This document shows, in pieces, positions 1-13,800 of a DNA stretch of 64,000 nucleotides; the first letter of the stretch is position 1; the number at the start of each line of letters is the position of its first letter. Location of the stretch: assembly GCA_013239625.1 (NCBI GenBank), contig MU053379.1:3454866-3518865 (forward strand). Direction: 5' to 3'. Under the pieces are notes generated by a model, which saw nothing but the letters and a program-made list of their open reading frames with translations, did not search any database and was not told the origin of the DNA. The DNA comes from Lama guanicoe. Its lineage: Eukaryota. The translations under genes were made by a program, and so were the position numbers.

Positions 1-509
1 TCCTACCCTTTGTGAATGAAAAATGTTGCCTGCCATATCAGCAAACAAAGGGTGCTGCATCAGCCACTGCCACAGCCCCCAATGGTGAGCCCAAGGGAAC
101 TTGGGATGGAGACAACCATGGTGCCCACTGCCAAGCCCTCAGCGACAGAAGCCACCGCTAGTGGTGCACCCTGAGGGGACTCGGGATGGGAAAGATCAGG
201 ATACTAGCCCTTGGTAGGGAAGGTGCTCATCAAAGGAGTGATTTCGGTGAGCCCAGACTCTTGCATCTTCCCATATGTAGAAAAGCACCAAGTTCATTAA
301 CTTGAGATAATCTGGTTTTCCTTAATTAACAGTGGTCTTTTGATGTTCTGGCCACCTGGTCTTTGTTGCAAAAACCCCTGTTTACCCTGGCTCCCCCCCT
401 TCCCTCTTCAGAGCATTCCCTCAGAGCTATCTGAGAAGCTGCCTCCTGCACCTGAAGTCCTCAGAAAGTCCACCTAATAAAATATAATTCTCAAAAAACA
501 AAGAAAAAA
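1..509 (+). mobile_element. ERV1-class LTR (cetartiodactyl type), U3-R part plus A-rich tail; 5' end probably off-window
   Basis: Resembles recalled artiodactyl ERV1 LTRs (aaatgttgcctgccatatcagcaaacaaag; gagcccagactcttgcatcttcccata; gaagtcctcagaaagtccacctaataaaatataattctc); AATAAA at 476-481. Confidence 0.7.
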
Positions 510-510
510 C

Positions 511-2480
511 CTGCTTTGTGTAATTTGAATTATTTGAAAGCTGAACTTACTTGTTTTATGGCCCAGAGTATGGTCTTGATAAATGTTTCATTTTAATTTG
601 GGAAAGACACAAGCTCTGCTGTTGGGTAGCGTGTTCTACAAACGTCGTCCTGCTGGGTGTTGGGTACGGGAGACGTGATTGTCTGTCTCTTGTTCTGCCA
701 GTAATTGATAGGGGTATGGAAATCTGTAAAAAATTTTTTAGGTTTGTCTGTTTCTTCTTACAGCTCGGTTGCTTTTTGCACCTTGCATTTTGAAACTTAC
801 TAGGTGCACAGACACTTAGGAGTGTTAAGTCTTTTGCTGAATATGCTCCTTTATCATTGTAAGATGGGTAATATTCTTTGAAATCTGTTTTGTCCGATAT
901 TAATACAAGCAGATCTTTTGACTAATGTTATCATGGTCTACTTCCATCCTTTTACTTTTGGCCTACTTGAGTCTTTATATACGAAGTGTTCTTAGTAGAC
1001 AGCATATAGCTGGTTCTTGTTTTTATATACAGTTTGATGATTGCTGCCCCTCTTTTTAATTGTGGCCAAATATGCATAATGTGACACTTGCCATTTATAT
1101 ATAGAATTCTGTGGCATTAAGTACATTTGCAATACTGTGAAGCCATTACTGTTTGTCATTCCTAGAACTTTGTCATCATCCCAAACAGAATCTGTCTACT
1201 CACCTAAATTCTCTGTTCCCTTCCCCTTACTTCATGTCTTATGAATTTGCCTGTTTTGGACTAATATAAGCAGAATCATACTATTTGTCATTTTGTATCT
1301 GGCTTCTTTCACTTTGTCACTTAGCATAATGTTTTCAAGATTCATCCATGTTTAGCATGGATCAGGGCTTTTTTTTATTAAGGATCTTTGAAGCTGTTTG
1401 AAGTATTTATATGCAAATATGTGTATAATGTATAGGAATTTAAATGTTTAAACTCTTCATATGTTGAAGTTTTATAAGTATACGTATAGCTCATTAATTT
1501 TCACGAACTGAAGATGTGTGACTTGCGCCCAGATCATGAAGCAGAGTATTATCGCAGTGTTAGTACCCTGGGACTCAGGGCTTTGCTCCCTCCTACACGG
1601 TGGCCACCCTACAGTCATGTCTCCTGATAGCAAAGAGTGGTTTTGGTAATGCTTGTATTATTGAAAATTGTCTGTTCCTTTCATTTTTATCATTTATTAT
1701 AAGTCGTGTGTATTTTCATGCTGTTATTAGGTATATATATGTTTCTAAGTGTTGTATCTTCTTGATGGATTGACCTTTTTATCATTATCAAATGCCATTA
1801 CTTCTAGTAATTTTTTAGGTCAGTTTTGTCTGATATGAGTGCAGCCACTCCACGTTTCTTGTGGTTGTTATTCTTCCCCATCCATTTACTTTCACTCTGT
1901 ATGTGTGAATCTCAGATGTGTCTCCTGTAGACAGCATATAACTGGGTCAATTTTAATCCAGTCTGATGGTTGTCTATTGATTGGATTATTTAATCAGCTC
2001 ACATTTAACGTTATCAATATAGTTAGATTTCTGTTTTCTATATGTATTTTTAGTGTAGCATTTAGATTTCTTTAGTGATCTTTTTAAAAAATCTGTTTTA
2101 AGTGGTCTAGGGTTTACTGCATAGATCTTAACAGCTTTAGATTTATACTAGTTTAAACCCAGTAATATATGGAACCTTTACTGCTGTATGGCTTGATTCC
2201 TAGTTTCCTTTTTATTTGGTCTGTCGTTACGTGTATTATATGCATTAATGCTACAAGCCCAACAGTGCATTGCGAGAATTACTCCTTTACCATCTGCAGT
2301 CACGTCCACACTGCGTTGCAGTTTGCGTCTCCCCACCGTTTGGGCTGTTACCAGGAGACGTATCCCGTTTGTACTACATTGTGTGCTGTGAGCTGTAGTG
2401 GGTTACACAGTATCATTTTATACAGTTGCATTTTTTTTGCAATAGTAGTTAAGAAAAGAAAGGATACATATCTTTAGTTA
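511..2480 (-). mobile_element. Nested old L1 (L1M-type) fragments
   Basis: T-rich antisense L1 signatures, e.g. cttgttttatggcccagagtatggtc, cttagtagacagcatatagctgg, cacttagcataatgttttcaagattcatccatg. Confidence 0.7.
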
Positions 2481-2595
2481 TTTTTGTCCCATACGTCTCT
2501 CAGGCTCTGTTCACTTTTCTTGATCTTTTTTCCTCTCTGCTCCCCAGCCTGCATAATCTCTATTAATCTATCTGAGTTTGAGTTTAAGAATTCTC

Positions 2596-2755
2596 AGGAG
2601 GACGGTATAGCACACGCTTAGCATACATGAGGTCCTGGGTTCAATCCCCAGTACCTTCTCTAAAAATGAGTAGATAAACCTAACTACCTCCCCCTAAAAT
2701 AAATAAACAAACAAATAAATAAATGTGCAATTTTAAAAAAGAAGAAGAAAACACG
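2596..2755 (+). mobile_element. tRNA-derived SINE, camelid Vic-1-like (internal deletion in the A-box region)
   Basis: B-box-like gaggtcctgggttcaatccccagtacc, body aaacctaactacctccccc and A-rich tail; same family as the copies at 17209 and 25335. Confidence 0.75.
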
Positions 2756-2759
2756 AAGA

Positions 2760-3790
2760 AAACTCTTTCTTTTGCCAGTTCCAGTCCATGCTTGAGCCCC
2801 TCTGATGAATTTTTTTTTTAGTTGCTGTGCTTCTCAACCCCAGAGGCTCCATTTATTTGTTCTTTATACTTCTTGCCTTTGTTAATATTCTCTACTTGAT
2901 ACAAATTGTCATCCTATCTTCCTTTAGTTCTTTAACCATATGTCTCTAGTTCAGTGAACATGTTTATAATGGCAGCTTTAAGCTCCCTTCTGCTAAAGCT
3001 GACATCTGGACGCTCACAGGTGGTTCCTTGTGCCTCCGCCTTCTGTTTCTCTGCTGTGTTTTGCCTGGTAGTTTTGTTGTGCTGGTGGTTTTTTGCTGCA
3101 AAGAGGACGCTTTAGGCAATATATTTTAGTGACTCTGGGTGCTGGTCCCTGCAGACTCTTCCCAGGTGTCTTCCTGGTTTTTGTGGTCATGTACTGGCTG
3201 GGCTACGTCAGTCAGGTGTGTCCTGGCTCCGGCGCTGCCCCCCGGGGGCGCGGTGTGGCGTGCCCACAGCCCCCCTGGGACGGCCGTGGCACCGGTGGGG
3301 CGTGCTCCCACTCAGCCACTGGGCTGCCAGGCGCAGTCTCCATTCAGTGCTGTCCGTGGCACCGCTGCTTTCAGCAGTGCCCACGGCACGCGTTCCTCTG
3401 TGGCCTGACCCTGCGAACGTGTGGCTCCTTCCAGGGACTCGTTTCTGGGATTCCCGTTCCAACCCCGGGAGGGCTCCTCCCGCCATCTGACGCCGTGGTG
3501 CATCTGCTTCTCTGTTCCCGTGCCCGTGGGTGCAGACTTCTCCTTGCAAGTGGGGTCAGTTCTGAATTTTCCTAGGTTTCTGTTCTGACTAGATTACTGT
3601 TTGCGCCTCGGACTGTTTCCAAAGGCTTTAAATGTTTTGTTTAAAAGATTGCCACCAGCTCAGCCGGGGCAGGTGAGCCGAGCTCTCCCATGTGCTGTGT
3701 CTTGGAGGGTGAAGGTCGCATTCACAGGTCTTGGGTGCTTTGCGTCCTCCGCGGCTCTGCCCGTCGTCCCTGCCACGCGTTCTGAGTGGT
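2760..3790 (-). mobile_element. Old L1 5'/ORF1-region remnant
   Basis: Antisense L1M-like segments (catgtttataatggcagctttaag; ggacgctttaggcaatatattttagtgactctgg) grading into GC-rich sequence. Confidence 0.45.
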
Positions 3791-3834
3791 CAGTAAGTCC
3801 ACGTGGGATCTAGTGAAGCTACAGTTAATTGGCC

Positions 3835-4080
3835 TAACATGAGGCTTAAGACACCAGCCGCTGAATCCAGACGACTGGGTTCAAATCCTGGTCTCTGCAC
3901 TTGGCAGAAGGGTGACTTTGGAAGGACCCCCAACCCCGCTAAGCATCTCTGTCCTCGTGTGTCAGCAGACTGTTCTGTACCTCCTGGGGCTGTGAGGGGA
4001 GAGGGAAAGGAGCCGTGGTAACAGGCCGTGTGACGGTGCCCGCCCGGTTTCTGTGCTCTGTGAGCATTTGTGGTGATTAG
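3835..4080 (+). mobile_element. MIR SINE
   Basis: ccagacgactgggttcaaatcctggtctctgcactt...gtgactttgg matches the recalled MIR core. Confidence 0.7.
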
Positions 4081-5499
4081 TCCGTGCTGAGTAACACTAA
4101 AAGTGGAGACCTACTGTGCATACAAGTTGGAAAAACACTCATCACTAAAAGTGGTAAGTTTTTCTACTGGGCAACTGTGTCAAAATTTATGGCCTGAATT
4201 TTTAACCAAAATACTGTAATTTGAGTATTTTGGTAGCTTTTTGGCCCTTTCTCTCCAAAATACCACCAGTTTTGCAGTTCTTCCCTGGAGTTCCGAGCTG
4301 CGTTAAGGAAACCCTCAAACCAGGCTCTGCAGTGTGGCATCTGGCGTCCAGCAGCGGGAACCCCCTCACAGCGGAAGCGCAGGCATGGCCATGGCTTTTC
4401 TAATGCTGCTCTGAGATGCGGTGCGTTTACTTAGCTGTTACTAGTGGTGGTTTCCGCCTCACGTTTGAGGAGCCAGGCAGCTGCGCAAGGCTGCCTAGAA
4501 GGGTGGATCGCTGTGAGAGTCACTTTAGGGGTTTCATTCAAAACTGTAGAGTGTGTTTTTATACTGATTCACTGTCTGTATATTTGTACTATCTTTACTC
4601 CTGTAAAGACGTCCTTTATCTTGATTCTTCGGTATATTTGTGCACAAACTGGGTAATTTCTCCACTGCTTAGTTGGGATACGTGTCCTTTCCTTTGTGCC
4701 TTGAAGAAGGGGGCTTCTGGCTGCACAGAGCTGCCTTGACCTCCGAATTTTGGGCAGGGGTACCCCGTCCCTCCAGCCAGGGCGCTGACGGCCCTTCCTC
4801 CCCAAGCACCGTGTCCTCTGGGAATGCCTGTCTCCCCTGGGGCCTGAGAGGGCGGTGGCGGGGGAGCGTGGGGCTGACCCACCCAGCTCTTCCTGCTGCT
4901 GGTGCTGATGGCCGAGCAGAGGGTGTCCTGTGAGCCCCAGGCCCCGAGCCCCTGTGTTCTCCTCCTTCTGCATGTTTGCGATTGTGTGTTCTGATCAGAT
5001 CTGCCAGTTTTTTGCATTTCAGGCCCCCCCGTCCCGGGGTTTCTCAGTCACAGACAGCTCTCCCTTTGGTTTTCTAGTACAGTTACGCAGTTGTGGTTGT
5101 TTGTTTTCAGTCTTCTGTGTGGTCTGGGGATGGGAAGGAAGCTGCAGGTGTGCTCAGTTTATCATCTGGAAAACCCAAAAGATAATGAAAAGCTATTTGA
5201 AGTGAATTGGGTTTAGGGTTCAGATTAGCTGCCTTTGGATCAGTGAAGCATCTCTCTTGAACCCAGCAGGAGATGCACTGGCCTTGTATTTGACAAGGCT
5301 CTTGGAGGATGAGTTCCCTTGTTGAGTAGCAGCATCTTCTCTTGAAAAAACAAACATTAATTTACATAATTAATGTGTTGAATAATATATCCTCAGGACT
5401 CCTGAGAGGAAAATGTGTTCAGTTTTCTTAGTGGGAATGCCTGGAATCCTTTGAAAATTAGGACCGGCCTAGCCCCGCTCCCAGGCTGTACTGTGTAGG

Positions 5500-5715
5500 T
5501 GGTGGGAGTAGAAATTCTCCTGCAGCTGCACTCAGCGCTCAGTGTAGCATGCTGGTGACCTCCTGTTGTTGTAAACAGTCTCGTTGGACCACAGCCACAC
5601 CCATTCGTGTCCATAGTGTTCATGGCTGCTATTACTTTAAAAGGCAGATGTGAGTCATTGCAGCAGAGATCACATGGTCAGCAAGTCTAAAATACTTACT
5701 AACTGGCTTCCAGGG
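5500..5715 (+). mobile_element. MER58A-like hAT-Charlie MITE
   Basis: cacagccacacccattcgtgtccatagtgttcatggctgct...cagagatcacatggtcagcaagtctaaaatacttactaactggc. Confidence 0.7.
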
Positions 5716-5989
5716 GAGCATGATGAGAGTGGGTCTGGATTCTCCTGAATGTGCAGTCTGCTTGGTTCAGGAGGAAGGGAAGTGTGGACGTCAGTTGGAG
5801 AGGCAGAGTTTGTTTTTGTTTTGGAGTCATCAGATTATCTTCTTTGACAGATGCCCAAAATTGCCCTGCTTCCTTACCATGTATCCCATTCCCTGCTTCT
5901 GATCAAGCCCCTCTTTGCTGATTCATGGGGTGTGTGCCCAGAACATTGACAGCGTCTCCCCTGTTTGGCCCTTTAGTCCCCTTAGTTAC

Positions 5990-6730
5990 TCATTTCTCCC
6001 AGTTGTAAATACAAGCTGAAGTCCAGTCTCATTCCTCCCCTCTCAGAGATGACCACTGTCCTTAGGTTGGTGTTTATCATTCCTGGCTCTCTGTTTCTTT
6101 GCTGCACACGAATTTATCCCTGAACAGTGCCTGATGCTGCTGTCTCTGCTTTGTGACTTTCTGTAAGCGGTGGACTGCATCGTTCCTTCGCACCTCGCTT
6201 TACTGGCGTAGCAAGGTGTTGGTGAGCTTCCAGCTCTGTTTCTTTGAATCTTACTTTTGTCTGATATTCTGGTATATGGACATACCGCAGTTTCTAATCC
6301 ATTCTTTGGGCTCTTTTTTTACCTAGTTAAGTAGACCTTTTGTTTTTATTTCGTTTTTTAAACAACTTTATTGGGATATAATTTATATGCCATAAAATTC
6401 ACCTGTTGAAAGGGTACTGTTTAGTGGGTCCAGTACACATGCGGTTGTACAACAATCACAAGTATCTAATTTTAGAACATTTTCATCACTCTTAAAAGAA
6501 ATGTAACCATTTCCAGTCACTTCCTGTGTCCTGCATCCTCCCCCACCTCAGACTGAGGCGCATCTGTTTCTGTGTAAAGATGCGTCTCTTCTGGATCATG
6601 TCAGTGGGATCGGTTATGGTCATTTGTGACTGGCTTTCATTAGCAGAATGTTTTTGAGGTTCATCCATGATGTAGCATGTATATGATAGGCCTTTAAGTT
6701 CTTCACAATTTTTTGTTTTTACCAGTGATA
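5990..6730 (-). mobile_element. L1M 3'-end fragments (nested)
   Basis: aacaactttattgggatataatttatatgccataaaattcacc...atctaattttagaacattttcatcac. Confidence 0.7.
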
Positions 6731-7734
6731 CTTTGTGTTATTTATAACTTTTACTATTAATAAGAATAAAAGACCTAAGAATAAAAACCTGTCTCATATT
6801 CTTATCATTTGCTGAAGTTCTGGAAGATAAAGAGAAAGGTAATGCTTATTGTAAAATACTGCTGCCTGCCTGGAGGGGTGCACGCCAAGCAGGCCTCGGC
6901 CCTTGAAGAACTTGCAGCGCAGGTGGGGGTTAGAGCGACCAGGCCATTGTGAAACCACGGGCGTGCAGCCAGTGAGCAAGCGAAATGGTGAGGAAATGCA
7001 GGAGCAGTGAGGTTCCTGGGAGACGTGTGCAGAGTGTTACAAAGCGAGCAGCGTAGACCCTGGAGGGTTCGTGAGGTTTCGGGAAGTGAGCGTTGAGGGA
7101 GCAGGCAGGGGGAGCAGGGGCAGTGCGAGGGGTAAGAGCGGCTTCCCAGAGCCCCAAGGGGCTGGGGTGGCCGGGGCAGGAGGCTCGTCAGGGCCAGGCT
7201 CACTGGTCTGCACCTGCTCTGGCAGGCATCGGAAAGACCAGGGAAGATTTAGACACAGCCACGTTTGTATTTAAGAAAGAAAACTGACTGACGCATAGAG
7301 GGTGGGCTGGAGACAGGGGAGTCTGGAGGTGGGGCCGTCCCTGCGAAGGCTGCTGCCATCGTTTGGGTGAGAGGTGGTGCCTAATGTTGGTAGCGGGGAT
7401 GAGAGGAGGTGAAGCGAGAGGCATTTCTCAGGTTAGATTGACAGGACTCACTGATAAAGGGTGGGGGGGTGAGGGACACGAATTCTAAGATGGCTCCCGT
7501 GGTCTCTCACTGGGACCGCTGAATGATTTGGGAATCTGCTAACTATTCCCCGTGTAGTCAAGATTAACTTGTGTTGAAAGCTTTAAGGAGTAAAATAGCT
7601 TCTCATCTGATAAATTAAAGATTACAGTAAGTATTTTATTTCCAATTCAGAAATGAAACACGGGTTCATACTGAGCCTAGGATGTGTCAGTTTCAGACTT
7701 GAACAAACCACCCCGAATTATCCTTTCCTCACAG

Positions 7735-7862
7735 CCGAAAGAATGCAACGGCGTGAAGATTCCTGTCGACGCCAGCAAGCCCAACCCAAACGACGTGGAG
7801 TTTGATAATCTGTATCTGGATATGAACGGAATCATCCACCCCTGCACTCATCCTGAGGACAA
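7735..7862 (+). CDS. XRN2: XRN2 exon 2 (128 nt)
   Basis: cag|CCG AAA ... GAC AA|gtacgt; [42 protein letters not shown]. Confidence 0.97.
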
Positions 7863-10800
7863 GTACGTGACCCGCTCTTGTCACTGACCTTGCAGACGGC
7901 AGAGGGGACGTGGCAGACGGCAGGGGAGGGCTGTGTTGCATTATACTGTTTGCTTGTCATTCCAGACCAGCACCCAAAAATGAGGATGAAATGATGGTTG
8001 CGATTTTTGAATACATCGACAGACTTTTCAATATTGTGAGGCCAAGACGCCTTCTCTACATGGCGATAGATGGAGTGGTACGTGCTGAGTAACTTAGAAT
8101 CCTCTGGTTTTGTTTTTCCTGTGTCCCCAGTGTCTAGAATGAAGTCAGCTAAATAATGAAGAACGTTGATTGTGGTAAATTTGAGAAAGAAAGCTTCATC
8201 TTTCATTCATTCAAACTTTGTGCGTGTGTGTGCACGCACGCGCGCTCCTGTTTTGGGTGAGATACCGTGAGGTGCTGGGGCTGCTTGTGGGGCTGTTGCT
8301 TTTGAAGGGCTTGTCGCTAAAGGGACAGAGACGGTTAAATGAATAGGGCCGGTTACTCAGGGCCTTCGCCCACCTGCACTAGACCACATGTGCAGACACG
8401 TGCAGGGCTCTGAGGGAGGGGGAGTCAGTGCCTCAGGGGCGTTAGGAGACAGAGAGGAGGGGGCGTTGGCCCCAGCGTTTGAAGGGTAGAGAATAACTGG
8501 AGATGGGGGCAGTGGATGGGACAGCGTGTGGAAGGAGGACCTCCAGGTGTCTCAGATGTGTCAGGTCAACACCCTTCCCGGGTCTTTGATGACACTGACA
8601 CGTTTGGGTGACTGCCGGTGTTGGGACGGGAAAGCAAAGTAGAAAGATGGGCTTGAGAAGGCTTTTCCTGCCACGCTCAGCTTGGATTCCGTCCTGCAGG
8701 CGGTGGGCAGTCATCAAAATAACGTAAGTGCGGAGTAACTTACTCAGGTAACAGTATCAGGAAGCTTACACTGTGAATGACTGCCAGACTGTACATCAGA
8801 GTCCATGGAAATTAGGGTGAATCGTGGCCCTAAACTTATTCAGCCGTATGCACATAGATTCCCTTTCTTTTAGATTTAGTAATCTTAGTGGCTAATGAAG
8901 TGATTTCATAAATCCAGGAAACTTTGGGTCCCAGGAGAGTAACTTTTCCGTGAGATTCTCTGTACTCAAAGTCTTATTTATTTGAAAACTTAACTTTCAG
9001 TTAAAGCATAGGAAAGAATAAAGGGAACAGGAGTGTGTCTTATTTCAAACATATTCCAGTTCACGTTAGCTCAGCGTCTTGAAGGCCTTTCACGTTACTC
9101 CAGAGGGCCCTTCTGCGAGATCATGTGTGCAACATGCACACGCGTGTACCTGTGTGTGCATGCTCTTGTCTATAACATATCAGTGTAGAACTCGCTAGCT
9201 GAGAGAGCTAGGTGAGGTGGTCTCGTTTTGCAGGAAAGGGAGCTGTTTAAAGAGGATATGAAATAACTTACTTTACGTAGACAGGATACTTGAGAGTCCC
9301 TTCTAGCCCCAGACTCCGCTCAGTGATTTCAAAACCTTATGTCCTTCAGTCCACTCCACTCATCCTGTGGTTTAAGTTTCTATTTGCTTAGAGTGATTGA
9401 CAAGTACGTTTGAGTAAAACTTTGTTCCCTTTATACCTGCTGTGCCTCGTAGAGAGAGTGGTAATTATGAACCTGATTGTGGGAAGTACAAAAAGGTTTT
9501 GGTGGTCTTGTGAATCCCACGTGGAGACTGTCCTTCCTTTCAGACGTGGCAAAGGGAAGGTCTTCCAGTCCGGGTTCGTGCTAACAGCTCACTGCGTGCT
9601 GGCTGCATCTTTGAGCAAAGTGAGCTTTCCTTCTTGGGTGTCTTGAGACACCATAACCCAGCGGACCCGGCATTAGGTCGGGGGCCCTGCGGTGTTAATG
9701 CTGTCGGGTATTTGTCCCTTTGGCAGGTCACTTGCTCACCTAACTGAGCTCGACTCTGAGATGCTTGGTCCAGATTTGAGCTCTCGGGATCGCCTGTCTG
9801 TCACAGAAGGACTGTTTAGACTTACTACTTAGCTTCTATGTTTTAGTGTATTATTTTTGTAAGACCAGCCGATTCAAAACAGTGCACGGATCTCGTGCAC
9901 ATGTTTGGAACGGCACACGTGAGTGTGAAATACGCGTCCCCAGGCGCCCCGCGCGAAGATGAACCAGCAGCGCTCTCGGAGGTTCCGCGCGTCCAAAGAG
10001 GGAACGGAGGCGGCGGCGGAGAAGCAGCGCGTCCGGGAGGAAATACTGGCAAGAGGTAGAGTGTGCGTCTCCGAGTCGGACTTCTTACAAGATGTGTGCG
10101 GAAGGGGTAGGGGGCAGCTTCCCCCCACAGATAGCTAAGATTTTAATTTAATCAGGATCCCAGGATACCCAAGGAAAATTTATATCCACTGTTGAGGAAA
10201 AGTAGTTAACAGAATCCTTTATTCTGTTAATAAGCTTGTTCATTTCCAAACGCTGTAGTGATAGGGAAACTGGGGAATAGAGAGAAGGAACCCCGGCGGG
10301 GAGCGCAGACTGTCAGGGTCGTTGAAGGCGAGAGCAGCTCTCAGCTGACTTCCCTGTGTCTGCAAAGTGCAAGTACGTGAGTGCTTCTGACTCCCTTTTC
10401 CTCTGGGTCTGTTAAAGAGCTACAGTTCCGTGAACATTGTCCTCAGATCAGTGTGGGTGGCTTGCTCAGTGCTGCTCCTTAGAACCCAGGACTTGCCAAG
10501 GAGGCCTGGGGCGAGGGGACCGTGTTTCCGGGCTCTCCCCTGGCCCTGCACATCTCAGTGCAGGCTGGGGCAGCAGGTAGGGAGGGCCCCGCATCCCTTC
10601 AGTTTCGGGAGGGGGCTGTGGAGTGGAATGTGGTCATCTTTGCAGTTCCTCAGAGCCTGGGAATTCCTGAGGGTACAGAGGGAGGAGCTGTCCTCAGAGG
10701 AGGACCGCCAGGCCCCCGACGCCCGCGGCACTGCTGCTCACCAGAGGCCTGTGTGCCAGGCGGGGCCCGGCCAGCGGGGTGCGTGCGTGGTGTTCTGTTC

Positions 10801-13800
10801 AGGAGGCAAAATGGTAGACCAGGGAAGAAAGCCACAGTTTATTGGTTCAGGATGTTGCGTTCAGCAGGTGGAAAAAGAGCGCCCAAGCCTGTCGTGACAG
10901 TCCCTTTGGTGTCACTTCAGCTTTGCTGGGGGTGCGCTGGTCTCTGCGCTTCAGCTGCAGCTTGTTAATACTCTCAAACCTGTGTGTATTTGTAACAGAA
11001 TTGAAAGCTATCTTTCTTAAGATGTTAAGAGATACATTTGTGTCTTGAGAAAAAGCTCATCAGTGATAGAGGAAGAAGTAGGATTTTAAATTCCCTCTAG
11101 CTGGTGGTGTCATTTCTTAGCATATAAAGCCGTGATAAACTCCGCATATTAATTTTGTTTTCCTAAGACCCCTTCATCTTAAGAACTGTTAGCAGTATTA
11201 GAACCCCTAGTGTGTGTGTGTGTGTGTGTGTGCGTGCGTGCGTGCGCGTGCTGCTTCAGGGGCATTAGGAAGAACATAATTTTTGTTTTTATAACACAGT
11301 ATGTATCTTTTGTGTACCATATGTTGTTTGGCAGTCATGTTAAATCTTACTTTAAATTTGAGGGAAGGAATCTTCCTTTCTTCAAAAAAGGGCAACGTTG
11401 TTCCTCAGGTGACAGCACTTCTCTTTCTTTTTTATTTGAACTTTTTGTTTTGTTGTTCTGGCCTAATACTGACTGACTTACTTCACTTTTTATGAGGAAA
11501 ACAGAGCATTGTTCCTTTTTCTCTAGGTGGCTTTCTTCCTCCAGAAGAAATAAAAGAGAGGTTTGACAGCAACTGTATTACCCCAGTAAGTGGTCTCATA
11601 CTTTGCTGGCTATTGCTAACTCTTAAACGGTAGGTTAATTTATTTCCTTCTGTCATTTTAGGGAACTGAGTTCATGGACAATCTTGCTAAATGCCTTCGC
11701 TATTACATAGCTGATCGTTTAAATAATGACCCTGGGTGGAAAAATTTGACGGTAAGTTTCGCATTTTGGTACTCCAGAAAGATGAGGGGGATGATTTGAG
11801 ACTGCACTTTGATATGTCTGGTTTTATTTGTCCTTTTCCCCCGTAGAATGCTGGTTGACTGAGGACAGAGAAGCTTCCAGGGCTATTAGGAATGGGGTGG
11901 GTGCCCTGCGTGGTCCAGGAGTAGACAGCTGAGCTTTGTCTCTGTGCCAGTTACCATCACTGTGAAGCCGTAAAGTGGGACTTGGGATTTAAAATATATG
12001 TATGTGAGATTAATTTCTGTTACCAGAAATCAGAATACAGCAAAATTAAAGTCATGGGGCTGCCTTTAAAGAATAGCTGTTTCCTAAGTATTTAAGTAAG
12101 ATTTAAGGCAACTTTTATGTAATTTGAGGTTCATGAGCTTGTTTCCCTATTAATTGGGCACAGCACCTTGTATTTCATGGGCGCTCTCGGGGCTTCTGTA
12201 GCTCTGCGCTGTGTACTCGAGCAGCAGCGGAAACAGTGGGAACTTGGGAGAAACTGATCTATTTTTCTAACGGCTCAGTTTGACCTAAAGATTTCATGTT
12301 TTTAATATTCCATGTAGTAAATTAACCAGTGAAATAGTTTTGATGTCTAATACATAAACACCTTACTAAGAAAAATTTCCAGTTAGTAACACTCTATTAA
12401 TAGAATTATCCCAATTTAAGATACTCAGTTCTATTGATTTTTGTGCTAGAAAATTTGAGGCGGCTGAAAATTTTTTTTGCTTTTTGTAGGTTATTTTATC
12501 TGATGCTAGTGTCCCTGGTGAAGGGGAACATAAAATCATGGATTACATTAGAAGACAAAGAGGTAAAGCACGCTTGTAAATGTTTGATTATATGTTCACT
12601 TGAAAAAACAAGCCGTTGTGTAGAAAATACTTGGTGACATGGGATACCGCCTGTGGGGTGAAGTGCACTGATGTAACTGCGTGTCTTCCCTCCTCAGCCC
12701 AGCCCAACCACGACCCAAACACTCACCATTGCCTGTGTGGAGCTGACGGTAAGCTGCTTCTCTGGGGTCTGAGTCTCTTGGATTGAAACGTAGCAAGTCG
12801 ATGGGTGGGTGTATAGTGATGGATTATTTGTGGTTGCCTGGAAATTCTAAAAATTTTCTGTTTGAGAGGGAACTAGAATGGAGTTGTTTAATCTGTGATT
12901 AATGTTCACTTATCTTTAATTTTTTTTTAACATTTTTCACCCTCTTCGTATGATTGCATATGTCTTTTAAGTGGAAAATTTCCAGATGCTTGGCTCTCGA
13001 GTGGCAGTCTGTGTCCTAGACCCGCGTATCTGGAGGCTGCCCTGTTTCCTGCTAGGGAGCCTGCAGGCTTTGCGGCCGTGCTGCCTCTGCTCTTGTGCCC
13101 GTCTGGGCTTGTCTGCGCTGGTGCCTCGCGTTGCGGCGATGTCTTGCTTTGTCGCAGTCGGGGCCTTCTGAACGTTCCCACTGTCACGCGTGGTGGTGTT
13201 GTTGACAGCTGACCTCATTATGCTCGGCCTTGCTACACATGAGCCCAACTTTACCATCATCAGAGAAGAGTTCAAACCGAACAAGCCCAAGCCGTGCGGG
13301 CTCTGTAATCAGCTGGGGCACGAGGTGAAGGACTGTGAAGGTTTGCCAAGAGAAAAGAAGGGGAAGGTGAGAACTTTGAGATGCCAGTAGCCTCATTTAA
13401 ATTTTTTAAATTTTATTTTTTACTGTGATAAAATAAACGTAACAGAAAACATACCATTTCAACCACGTTTAAGTATACAGGTCAGTGGCGTTAGGGATAT
13501 TCAGGTGCCTCATTTTAAGAATGGCTGGAGCGGAGACCGTGGTTGATTGGGTTTTTGCCTGCTTGCCCTGTCACCCTGACAGAGGTGGTCTTCCTCAGCT
13601 CTTAGAGTAACACGTTCAGAACCACGGCGCACTCGCTCCTGCTCTCCACGGTCTCTCACCCAGCTTGTCTCCACGTGAGGCTGAGGTCTCGTGGCTAATA
13701 AAGCCCACTGCACACGGTTTGTTGGTAGAAGTATTTATCTCCAGTGGTTATTCTTAAAAGGAACTATGAATCAAATATTTTAAACTTCTTGGTACTTCTA

